From a virus (lineage: Duplodnaviria; Heunggongvirae; Uroviricota; Caudoviricetes): a stretch of DNA of 49,362 nucleotides. Below, in pieces: positions 8,717-16,336 of the stretch. The position numbers and the translations under genes are program-made. The first letter of the stretch is position 1. Every line of letters begins with the position of its first letter. Location: the IMG/VR virus record IMGVR_UViG_3300021255_000139. One strand, written 5' to 3'. Under the pieces are notes generated by a model that saw nothing but the letters and a program-made list of their open reading frames with translations, was not told the DNA's origin and searched no databases.

Positions 8717-9112
8717 ATGAGAAAAGAAACTTTTATGGAAGAGAACAATAATCTGGAAGGTGTGGCAAAGTATCTTGTACTTACAGAAAAGACAGAAGCG
8801 GCTATTAAAATGCTTGCAGATGATAAATACTATATTCATGCGGATGATGATTTTATCAGTAGTGTAATAGCCGGAACAGGTGTATTTGATTTTTCGCACG
8901 ATGATATTGAATTTATCAGAATGTGGAACAGTGACGAAAACGCACAAGATACAGAGAAAACACTTGCTTATCTTTTGGAAGAAATGAGACGTTGTGAACC
9001 CGGCGAACGGCTTGATTTTTATAATACAAACGTAAAGCCGCACATTGAATACAGAGATCGTTATAAAATGTTGATTAAGAGTAATTTCAAAAACCGTGTT
9101 TATTATGCTTGA
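8717..9112 (+). CDS. Acidic hypothetical protein
   Basis: ATG 8717 after GGAGG. Confidence 0.7.
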   Translation: MRKETFMEENNNLEGVAKYLVLTEKTEAAIKMLADDKYYIHADDDFISSVIAGTGVFDFSHDDIEFIRMWNSDENAQDTEKTLAYLLEEMRRCEPGERLDFYNTNVKPHIEYRDRYKMLIKSNFKNRVYYA

Positions 9113-9125
9113 TAGGAGGGAAATC

Positions 9126-9326
9126 ATGAGAAAGAAATATTTGTATGTTACGCCGGGAAAAGACGATTTTAGCAAAGAATTATTGCACTATGGTAAGATA
9201 ACAAGCGATGCAGAATTTGAGACTGTAAACGGCGATTTTGAGAGGATCAGGACTTTCAGATATAAGGATAAAGCATGGTATCATCACATGAAAAACGGTG
9301 AAGTTCTGGAAATCTTTGAACTTTGA
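9126..9326 (+). CDS. Small hypothetical protein
   Basis: ATG 9126 after AGGAGG. Confidence 0.7.
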   Translation: MRKKYLYVTPGKDDFSKELLHYGKITSDAEFETVNGDFERIRTFRYKDKAWYHHMKNGEVLEIFEL

Positions 9327-9345
9327 TAGAGTGGGAGAAAAGGCA

Positions 9346-9534
9346 ATGCAGAAAATAAAAGAACACACGTTTGGTAATCATATTTATATGAAGTTGCAAC
9401 TTGACAATGGTCAAGTGATTGAAGTTGACAGATTCGCCGGGTCTGATTGTAAATGGAATGACTGGAAAACAACAGTTGATCATGATCCAGTATTAAGAGA
9501 AAAAGCTATTGCAGCATTTAAAAAACTTTATTAA
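9346..9534 (+). CDS. Small hypothetical protein
   Basis: ATG 9346 after GGGAG. Confidence 0.65.
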   Translation: MQKIKEHTFGNHIYMKLQLDNGQVIEVDRFAGSDCKWNDWKTTVDHDPVLREKAIAAFKKLY

Positions 9535-9541
9535 AAAGTGC

Positions 9542-9593
9542 TTGACATATAGATAAATACATGATACACTATAATAAAGTTAGAACACAACTT
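9542..9593 (+). promoter_or_regulatory. sigmaA-type promoter + ACACAACTT box
   Basis: TTGACA 9542-9547; box 9585-9593. Confidence 0.8.
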
Positions 9594-9616
9594 ACGATTA
9601 TAGCAAGGAGGCAATT

Positions 9617-10114
9617 ATGAGAGATATTAACGTTGTAGCTATTGAGTGCATGAGGGAATTAGATGTGATTGGCATTCAGTACGGGAATGTAGTTGAATTT
9701 AAAGTGAATTATAGAGCAGAAAGAAGATGGGGGCAGTGTTGTCCACTTCCCGGCGGTCGCTTTTCAATTAATATCAATCATAGATTGCTGGATGAATCAA
9801 CAGATATTGACGGATTGAAAAATACTTTGATCCATGAATTACTTCATACTTGCAAGGGATGTTTAAATCACGGCAGCGAATGGAAAAGATTAGCAGATAA
9901 AGTCAATCGTTATTATGGTTACGGAATCAAGAGAACTTCATCTGCAGACGAAAAGGGAATTGATGAATCTAATAGATATATCAAAGTAAAGCGGATCAAT
10001 CACAAATATGTTTGTTGCGGTTGCGGTCAAACAATTACCCGGCAGCGTGAAACAGGATTTGTAAATCGTTATAAATGCGGTCGTTGTGGTTCGGCATTTG
10101 AAAAGATTTTTTAA
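9617..10114 (+). CDS. SprT-like zinc metalloprotease with C-terminal zinc ribbon
   Basis: RRWGQC, TLIHELLH (HExxH), H..EWK, YVCCGCG...YKCGRCG. Confidence 0.85.
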   Translation: MRDINVVAIECMRELDVIGIQYGNVVEFKVNYRAERRWGQCCPLPGGRFSININHRLLDESTDIDGLKNTLIHELLHTCKGCLNHGSEWKRLADKVNRYYGYGIKRTSSADEKGIDESNRYIKVKRINHKYVCCGCGQTITRQRETGFVNRYKCGRCGSAFEKIF

Positions 10115-10122
10115 TTAGATTC

Positions 10123-10172
10123 TTGACATATAAATAAATACATAGTATAATAAAGAAAACGGTACACAACTT
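10123..10172 (+). promoter_or_regulatory. sigmaA-type promoter + ACACAACTT box
   Basis: TTGACA-17-TATAAT (10123-10151); box 10164-10172. Confidence 0.85.
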
Positions 10173-10191
10173 ATAATTTGGGAGGTATAAC

Positions 10192-10596
10192 ATGAATACA
10201 TATGATAGAAATAGATGGGATGTAACAATTAGAGATTGGCGTGAATCACTGGAAAAGAGATTTAGAACGTGGGAGGAATCGCTGGAATGTTTCCGGCGTT
10301 TCCGGGATGATGATTCGGTTGATTGGGTTAATAGAGATTTTGCAGCAGTCAATGACGAAAGCAAGCGTTTTAACAGTGTTCTTTCCGGGCTGATTGATCG
10401 TTGTAATATGACAAAATTTGATTTGCAGAATTATGTTTCAGAACTTGAAAGCATGATTGAAATTGCAAAAGAAAAAGCAGAAAAGGAAAGAGCCAAACTT
10501 CCGCACAATAACAATTTTTACGGTGATTATTCGGAGGCATTAGGCAAGGTTCACGCACTGGAAACAATCAGATATTATATAAAAGAAAGGATTTAG
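10192..10596 (+). CDS. Hypothetical protein
   Basis: 134-aa ORF, GGAGG RBS. Confidence 0.7.
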   Translation: MNTYDRNRWDVTIRDWRESLEKRFRTWEESLECFRRFRDDDSVDWVNRDFAAVNDESKRFNSVLSGLIDRCNMTKFDLQNYVSELESMIEIAKEKAEKERAKLPHNNNFYGDYSEALGKVHALETIRYYIKERI

Positions 10597-10598
10597 AA

Positions 10599-10937
10599 AT
10601 GAGTGTTATTTCATTACATGACGGATCAACAGCGGTTATATTCAGTTGTCGTGATGTTATTGAATTGGTTGATAAATATATAGGATATGATGCAGCAAGA
10701 TATTTATCTGATAATCTGGAAGAAGCAGACGAATTATCAGTGGCATGGGATGATCTTTATGAAGAGAAAAATAAAATGGTCGATGAAATGGTCGATTTAA
10801 GAGATTCAAATAGATACATTACTGATAAGCTGGAAGTATTAACAGATGATGATATTATGAAGATGTCAACAGAGCAAGTCCGGGAAATCATTGATCAGTA
10901 TGCTAATATGGTTCAAAAACTTGATGAAATTATTTAA
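10599..10937 (+). CDS. Acidic coiled-coil hypothetical protein
   Basis: 112-aa ORF. Confidence 0.7.
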   Translation: MSVISLHDGSTAVIFSCRDVIELVDKYIGYDAARYLSDNLEEADELSVAWDDLYEEKNKMVDEMVDLRDSNRYITDKLEVLTDDDIMKMSTEQVREIIDQYANMVQKLDEII

Positions 10938-10944
10938 AAAGTGC

Positions 10945-10996
10945 TTGACGAACTAATAAATATATGATAAAGTATAGCCATAGAAGAACACAACTT
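10945..10996 (+). promoter_or_regulatory. Promoter (TTGACG) + ACACAACTT box
   Basis: TTGACG 10945-10950; box 10988-10996. Confidence 0.75.
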
Positions 10997-11021
10997 ATAA
11001 AAACGCAATGAGGAAACAACA

Positions 11022-12086
11022 ATGGCAAGCAATAGTAATTATTATGATTTTCAGAATGCAAAAGTCGTGATTGCTATGGAGTTGAAGAAAAGAGGCTGGC
11101 AGCTTTTCGGTTTTCATGAAGATGAAAGCGATATGATGACAGATTATTATAACCCGGCATACTGGAACGGGATCGCAACAAAGAATGGTTATGTTGCAGT
11201 TGTTGATTGTTCTGATTATGCGGTTAGTTCATACAGTGGCAAAAGAGATTATCTGTATAGAACAGAGAACGGAAAGCGGATCACGATGGATGAAAAGGAT
11301 CGCCGCAAGATTGAAGCACTCAAAGAGATGACAAGGGAAAGAGGGGCTTCAGCAGCAGAAGAAGAGACAGCCAAAAAGAAAATCGTTGTTATTGAAAACA
11401 AATACAAAGAAGAAACAAATAAATATGAAGTTGAAATGATTTACCCGGTTTTTCAGAAGAATCCACCTCGTGCAAGCTGGCATATTGAGAAAGACGGAAC
11501 AATCATTATTAAAGGTAGTGGAATCGGAAAATATTCTGATCTTAAATACTCTACCAGAGAAAAGGCAAGAGAGAATGAAAAACTGTATTCTGATGATGCT
11601 GATTCATTCAGATATAGAGAAGCAGTTAAACATAATAAATTGTGGAAACAGCTTGATAATATGATTAACAAGATGGACACAGCAGCCGGGGCAACAATCG
11701 GACATTCTAATAATAAGTTTGAATACCATACTGAAAAGGTTGTGAAATTCAAACATGAGAATGAAGCAGTTGCGGTTGATCCTTATGAACTGGCAGAAGG
11801 TGCGACTTTTATTTGCAAGGCTTATCTTGGATATGATCGGAATCCGGGCAAGGTGTACAGAGTTCACAAGCATTCAGATAATTATTATTTTGCAATGCAG
11901 CTTGACAAGGCACTGAAAAAAGAACGTTCCGGCAAGTCGGTTCGTGGCGTACACTTTGGATATTTTAACGGAGAAGATTTTGCAAAGATGCTTGAATATG
12001 GCAGCATTGTAATGTGTGAGATTAAGGACAAGGCAACGCCGTACACGGAGCAGAAGGTCGTTAAAAAGGCAGTTAGAACGGCTTGA
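11022..12086 (+). CDS. Hypothetical protein (internal DUF2786-like RGAS..EE.TA motif)
   Basis: 354-aa ORF; motif similarity only. Confidence 0.75.
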   Translation: MASNSNYYDFQNAKVVIAMELKKRGWQLFGFHEDESDMMTDYYNPAYWNGIATKNGYVAVVDCSDYAVSSYSGKRDYLYRTENGKRITMDEKDRRKIEALKEMTRERGASAAEEETAKKKIVVIENKYKEETNKYEVEMIYPVFQKNPPRASWHIEKDGTIIIKGSGIGKYSDLKYSTREKARENEKLYSDDADSFRYREAVKHNKLWKQLDNMINKMDTAAGATIGHSNNKFEYHTEKVVKFKHENEAVAVDPYELAEGATFICKAYLGYDRNPGKVYRVHKHSDNYYFAMQLDKALKKERSGKSVRGVHFGYFNGEDFAKMLEYGSIVMCEIKDKATPYTEQKVVKKAVRTA

Positions 12087-12106
12087 CAGCCGTTTTAACA
12101 AGCCTT
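12066..12106 (+). terminator. Long hairpin spanning the stop codon
   Basis: GTTAGAACGGCT-TGAC-AGCCGTTTTAAC. Confidence 0.5.
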
Positions 12107-12195
12107 AACAGTTCAAAGGTAAAGTTGATAGGGTAGCAAGATAAACGCCGTTAAAAGGCAAATATGGGCTTTATATGGACAATCAGGAGGAAGTT

Positions 12196-12393
12196 ATGCG
12201 GATTATATATAGTGTTGAGAACATGGATAGAAACGGAAACAATATCCGGAAGAAAAAGAAGAATCCAGAATCTTATAGAGTCGGAGGATTAGGCGGTGTT
12301 CATATGTACTTCAATTATTCCAGAGACGAAGCAATTAAAAATTATATTTCCAGCTATGAACGAAAGAATAAAGTGCAAAAATTTGCATTTTAA
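12196..12393 (+). CDS. Small basic hypothetical protein
   Basis: ATG 12196 after GGAGG. Confidence 0.65.
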   Translation: MRIIYSVENMDRNGNNIRKKKKNPESYRVGGLGGVHMYFNYSRDEAIKNYISSYERKNKVQKFAF

Positions 12394-12451
12394 GTGCGAA
12401 AATTGCATATAACGTGTCAAATATTGCACTTTATAAAGGAGGATTAAAAGG

Positions 12452-12748
12452 ATGTCAGCCGGGATTATAGGAACATACAAGAGTAGTTCATTATTCAGCA
12501 CAAAGGCAATTAGTGAAAGATGTAAATGCGATAAAGAATTTTACGCAGCAATACAGAATTGTTTAGCAAGGTATTATTCCGGCGATTGGGGAGACATAGA
12601 AGCAGATGATAAAGCATTGAATGATAATGCGGTTAAAAACAAGGATGATCGTATCGTAGCAGAATATGAAATAGGATGCAGACGGATCATGATTATCACA
12701 GAAGAGGATTTATCACATACAACAATATTATATGCGAATGAATATTAG
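12452..12748 (+). CDS. Conserved MGE hypothetical protein (R...GDWGD...D...ND family)
   Basis: LARYYSGDWGDIEADDKALND...RIVAEY...TTILYANEY pattern. Confidence 0.75.
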   Translation: MSAGIIGTYKSSSLFSTKAISERCKCDKEFYAAIQNCLARYYSGDWGDIEADDKALNDNAVKNKDDRIVAEYEIGCRRIMIITEEDLSHTTILYANEY

Positions 12749-12760
12749 GAAGGTGCGAGA

Positions 12761-13057
12761 ATGGATTATTGCAGATTCTTAAACAAATATAAGAGCAAGG
12801 TTTTATCTAAACAATTTCTTGGGAAAATGATGCAGAGAATACCGATGATCTATTTTCCCCGGACAGATGAATTACTTGAAGGATATAAAGCGCAAGAGTG
12901 GATTGATTCGCATTATCTGGATGATGCAACAGAAAGAATATTATTTCACTGGATAAAAGATAGAAACGGCAACAGCGGATATGTAATAAAACACATATTT
13001 GATGTAGGGAATCTGTTAGTTTCTATGGAGTGGATCGAACAGGAGGCGCAAAAATGA
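12761..13057 (+). CDS. Hypothetical protein
   Basis: 98-aa ORF with RBS. Confidence 0.65.
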   Translation: MDYCRFLNKYKSKVLSKQFLGKMMQRIPMIYFPRTDELLEGYKAQEWIDSHYLDDATERILFHWIKDRNGNSGYVIKHIFDVGNLLVSMEWIEQEAQK

Positions 13058-13233
13058 AAAGACAGTTAGTTAAAATGGTATATCACGGAGTTTATACAGT
13101 TGTTCATGATGATTCAGATCAGCATAATCCGTATAAGATTATTTATAAGGCGAACGGAAAACAGAAACAGCTTATAAAGTATGCTGATTATTTGAGCGCA
13201 ATGTTATATTTAACAAACATAGTGAGGGAATGA
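13054..13233 (+). CDS. Small hypothetical protein
   Basis: ATG 13054 after GGAGG. Confidence 0.7.
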   Translation: MKRQLVKMVYHGVYTVVHDDSDQHNPYKIIYKANGKQKQLIKYADYLSAMLYLTNIVRE

Positions 13234-13234
13234 T

Positions 13235-13483
13235 ATGAACAATATTATTGATCAGACATTAATGAAAATTGGAGAACAGATTGAAGTAGAAGGCAAGAAA
13301 AGACAAGAACTTATTCGTAAAGTAATTAACCAATTAGTTAATTCAAGCGGTGATCCTTTTGAAATAATGGGGCTGCTGGATGGCTTTGATAAAGACGAAT
13401 TGATTGCAATTATTTTTGCATTAACCCGGAGATTAAAGGATATGATGAAAGAAAAAGAGAGGTTAGACAATGATTGGAAATAA
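13235..13483 (+). CDS. Hypothetical protein
   Basis: 82-aa ORF. Confidence 0.65.
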   Translation: MNNIIDQTLMKIGEQIEVEGKKRQELIRKVINQLVNSSGDPFEIMGLLDGFDKDELIAIIFALTRRLKDMMKEKERLDNDWK

Positions 13484-13673
13484 TGTTGAAATAAATTCTA
13501 TCCATAGAACAAGTACGGGAAAGACTTTTGAAATGATGGATGCAAACAGAAACCCGGCAGACTATAAAGACAACATAGAGCCGTTTCTGAAATCGAAAGC
13601 TATATCGTGGGTAAATGTAGGACAAGAAATAGAATGTTCTGATACTGGCATGATCCTAAAAAGAATAGGATAA
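13470..13673 (+). CDS. Small hypothetical protein
   Basis: 67-aa ORF, GAGG RBS. Confidence 0.6.
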   Translation: MIGNNVEINSIHRTSTGKTFEMMDANRNPADYKDNIEPFLKSKAISWVNVGQEIECSDTGMILKRIG

Positions 13674-13688
13674 ATTTTTAAAAAGTGC

Positions 13689-13743
13689 TTGCAAAACAAA
13701 TAAATACATGATATAATAATAACAGTTAGAAAAGACACAACTT
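13689..13743 (+). promoter_or_regulatory. Promoter (TTGCAA-17-TATAAT) + ACACAACTT box
   Basis: 13689-13717; box 13735-13743. Confidence 0.8.
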
Positions 13744-13761
13744 TTAATTGGAGGTATTATA

Positions 13762-14847
13762 ATGTATAACATTTTAGCAAAGAATGATTCTTATTTAGGA
13801 TTCACTGATAAAATGACAGCTATGCAGCGTGGCAGAGTTGAGAAAGTTCTTACAAGAAAAATTAGATATGACGGTGGGAGAGTTCAGGAACGTCGGGATC
13901 ATATTCTTGATCTTATCTTGAAAGAGTGTGATGTATTTTCATATGAAGATAATAAGACTTGTTACGGTATCAGAGCAGAAAAAGATTCAAATTCATTCTA
14001 TAAAATTACAAAAAATGAATATGATTTTGGTATGTATTTGATTGAGAATGGATTAAATACAGAACATTCTGTAATTACAAAGATTGATGCAGAAGCAGAA
14101 GAGCGTAAGCGGATCGCAGAAAAACAGGCAGCAGCGGAAAGAATCGCACAAGAAGCCGCACAGAAAAAGATTGAAGAAGAAAAAGCCTTTAAAACGTGGA
14201 TAAAGGAAGAATTAGAACATTATCCAGATGATGAAAAGAAAGCACTTCACAGTCAGATTTTTGAAGATATTTACGGAACAATCCGGGAGTGGAATCATGC
14301 ATCATTAGTTTTGATTGATCACTTTGATAATCCACGGTGCAAAAAGGAACTTCATCAGTATCTTGAAACGCACAACAAGGGAACAAGAAAATACTTTGAA
14401 TGTGTCACCGGGCTGAAACTTCCTAAAACAAATAAAGAAACAAGGGCATTTATTGACAGCATTACAACGGCAGATTTTAAAGAGCCGAAACCATATAAGA
14501 AAAGAAAACAGCCAAAAGAAAAAGAGTTGGAGATTTTCTATATCGCAGAAATGGACGAGAACGGCAAGAGTAATTTTGTTGCAGTTCAGGGCGAGAGGCT
14601 GGAAAAATACGGTTTACATCTGTTTTTCCATACTGTAAAAGAAAGTCATGGTAGTTACACAGTTGATAGAGTTGGGATCAGTTCAAAAGATTGTGGGTAT
14701 CGGCTTGTTCTGGCAGATACAAAAACAGAGGCGTTAAACAAGCTGAAAGAAGCAGTTGACAAGAACGGCAAAGAAAAGATTTTAGAGTTAATTGGAAACA
14801 TCGGGGAATCAAAAGGTTGGAGTCCTCTTTGTTATAAAACAGCTTAA
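13762..14847 (+). CDS. Hypothetical protein
   Basis: 361-aa ORF, GGAGG RBS. Confidence 0.8.
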   Translation: MYNILAKNDSYLGFTDKMTAMQRGRVEKVLTRKIRYDGGRVQERRDHILDLILKECDVFSYEDNKTCYGIRAEKDSNSFYKITKNEYDFGMYLIENGLNTEHSVITKIDAEAEERKRIAEKQAAAERIAQEAAQKKIEEEKAFKTWIKEELEHYPDDEKKALHSQIFEDIYGTIREWNHASLVLIDHFDNPRCKKELHQYLETHNKGTRKYFECVTGLKLPKTNKETRAFIDSITTADFKEPKPYKKRKQPKEKELEIFYIAEMDENGKSNFVAVQGERLEKYGLHLFFHTVKESHGSYTVDRVGISSKDCGYRLVLADTKTEALNKLKEAVDKNGKEKILELIGNIGESKGWSPLCYKTA

Positions 14848-14860
14848 AGGAGAAAAGCAA

Positions 14861-15325
14861 ATGAATATCAGAATTAAGTATCACAACAAGGAACTTGAAA
14901 GACTGGCAAATATCGGAGGTGCGGAGAAATCGGCATGGATTGATCTACGTGTTGCGGAAGATGTGTTTATCCCGGAAGGAACATTTAAACTTGTTTCACT
15001 TGGTGTTTCAATCGAATTGCCGAAGGGATATGAAGCGCATATTGTACCACGTTCCAGCACATTCAAGAATTTTGGGATCATTCAGACTAATCATCAGGGA
15101 GTCATTGACAATACATATTGTGGAGATAATGATATCTGGCGTTTCCCGGCGTATTGTCTGGAAGGAAGAGACAAAAATGACGGAGTAAAGGGAACTTATC
15201 TCAAAGTTAATGATCGTATTTGTCAGTTTAGAGTGATGGAGCAACAGCCGGATATTCAGTTTGAAGAAGTCGAAAGCATGAATAATGAAAGCCGTGGGGG
15301 ATTCGGCAGCACAGGTAAAAATTAA
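14861..15325 (+). CDS. dut: Trimeric dUTPase
   Basis: [33 protein letters not shown] motifs; start ATG 14861. Confidence 0.93.
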   Translation: MNIRIKYHNKELERLANIGGAEKSAWIDLRVAEDVFIPEGTFKLVSLGVSIELPKGYEAHIVPRSSTFKNFGIIQTNHQGVIDNTYCGDNDIWRFPAYCLEGRDKNDGVKGTYLKVNDRICQFRVMEQQPDIQFEEVESMNNESRGGFGSTGKN

Positions 15326-15337
15326 ACAATAATTATA

Positions 15338-15368
15338 AGTGGGGAATGAAATATTTCCCCACGTTTTG
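15338..15368 (+). terminator. Intrinsic terminator
   Basis: GTGGGGAA-TGAAATAT-TTCCCCAC + GTTTT. Confidence 0.7.
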
Positions 15369-15378
15369 TAAAAAACCA

Positions 15379-15430
15379 TTGACAAATAAATAAATACGAG
15401 GTAATATATAATCACAAACAAACACAACTT
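15379..15430 (+). promoter_or_regulatory. sigmaA-type promoter + ACACAACTT box
   Basis: TTGACA 15379-15384; box 15422-15430. Confidence 0.8.
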
Positions 15431-15441
15431 AGAAAGTAGTT

Positions 15442-16326
15442 ATGGAGGGTATTATAATGAGTATTCTTGGAAAATTCAACAGCTTTGAAATCGGAGAAGA
15501 TAATAGAATTTCGGCAGATGATAAAGCATTTCTGGAAAAGTCACAGCAGTATTACGAAAAGGCACTTCTTTATTATTCCCGGATCGGCGCACTTTATCAG
15601 GAAGAAAAGGAAAGCTATACAAAAGATTTTCTGGATAATTATAACTATTCTACATTTAAAGTAGATGATTGTGACGTGTATAGAAAAATCAGCGGACTTC
15701 AAAAGGAATACATTTCAAATATCTATTCATATTTTGAACGAACATATAAAGTAAATATTACAAGAAACAAATACGATTCTTTTGTAGCAGATTATGAACA
15801 AATCAGCAGATATGATGTGAACAAGGATCGAGCAGCAAAACTTCTTGTAAGACAGCATTATCAGCCGTTCGTTGATGATATTGTTTCACAGCTTGGAGGA
15901 CTTGATTTTGCTGGGGTAGCAACGCAACAGTTAAAAGAAAAGATGAAAGAAGGTTGCTACAATCAGTATCGTGACAAATGGAATATTGAAGTCAAGAACA
16001 ATGTTATTAAATATACTGATGGTTATGTTAGCAAAGATTGGTATTCTAATTATAGAGTTCACAGAGATAAGTTCTTTGAAGCATTGCCGGATGTAATCAG
16101 TATGTATTTTTATGGAAAGGTTCAGAAACTTATCGGTTGTGATTATTTCTATGGATATAACATTGAACTTGAAGAAAATCAGATTGGCACATGGTTAAAA
16201 TGGTCGGACGGTCTGAAAATCACAGCAATCAAGTTTTATAAAAATGGTCGGTTCGATATGAAGTTTGCAACGCCGGAGGATGCGAGAGATTTTGCCCGGA
16301 CTTGGTGCGGATATACACTTGTTTAG
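15442..16326 (+). CDS. Hypothetical protein, DUF4942-like C-terminus
   Basis: IKFYKNGRFDMKF; precedes the MTase-helicase. Confidence 0.6.
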   Translation: MEGIIMSILGKFNSFEIGEDNRISADDKAFLEKSQQYYEKALLYYSRIGALYQEEKESYTKDFLDNYNYSTFKVDDCDVYRKISGLQKEYISNIYSYFERTYKVNITRNKYDSFVADYEQISRYDVNKDRAAKLLVRQHYQPFVDDIVSQLGGLDFAGVATQQLKEKMKEGCYNQYRDKWNIEVKNNVIKYTDGYVSKDWYSNYRVHRDKFFEALPDVISMYFYGKVQKLIGCDYFYGYNIELEENQIGTWLKWSDGLKITAIKFYKNGRFDMKFATPEDARDFARTWCGYTLV

Positions 16327-16336
16327 GAGGTCAGCT

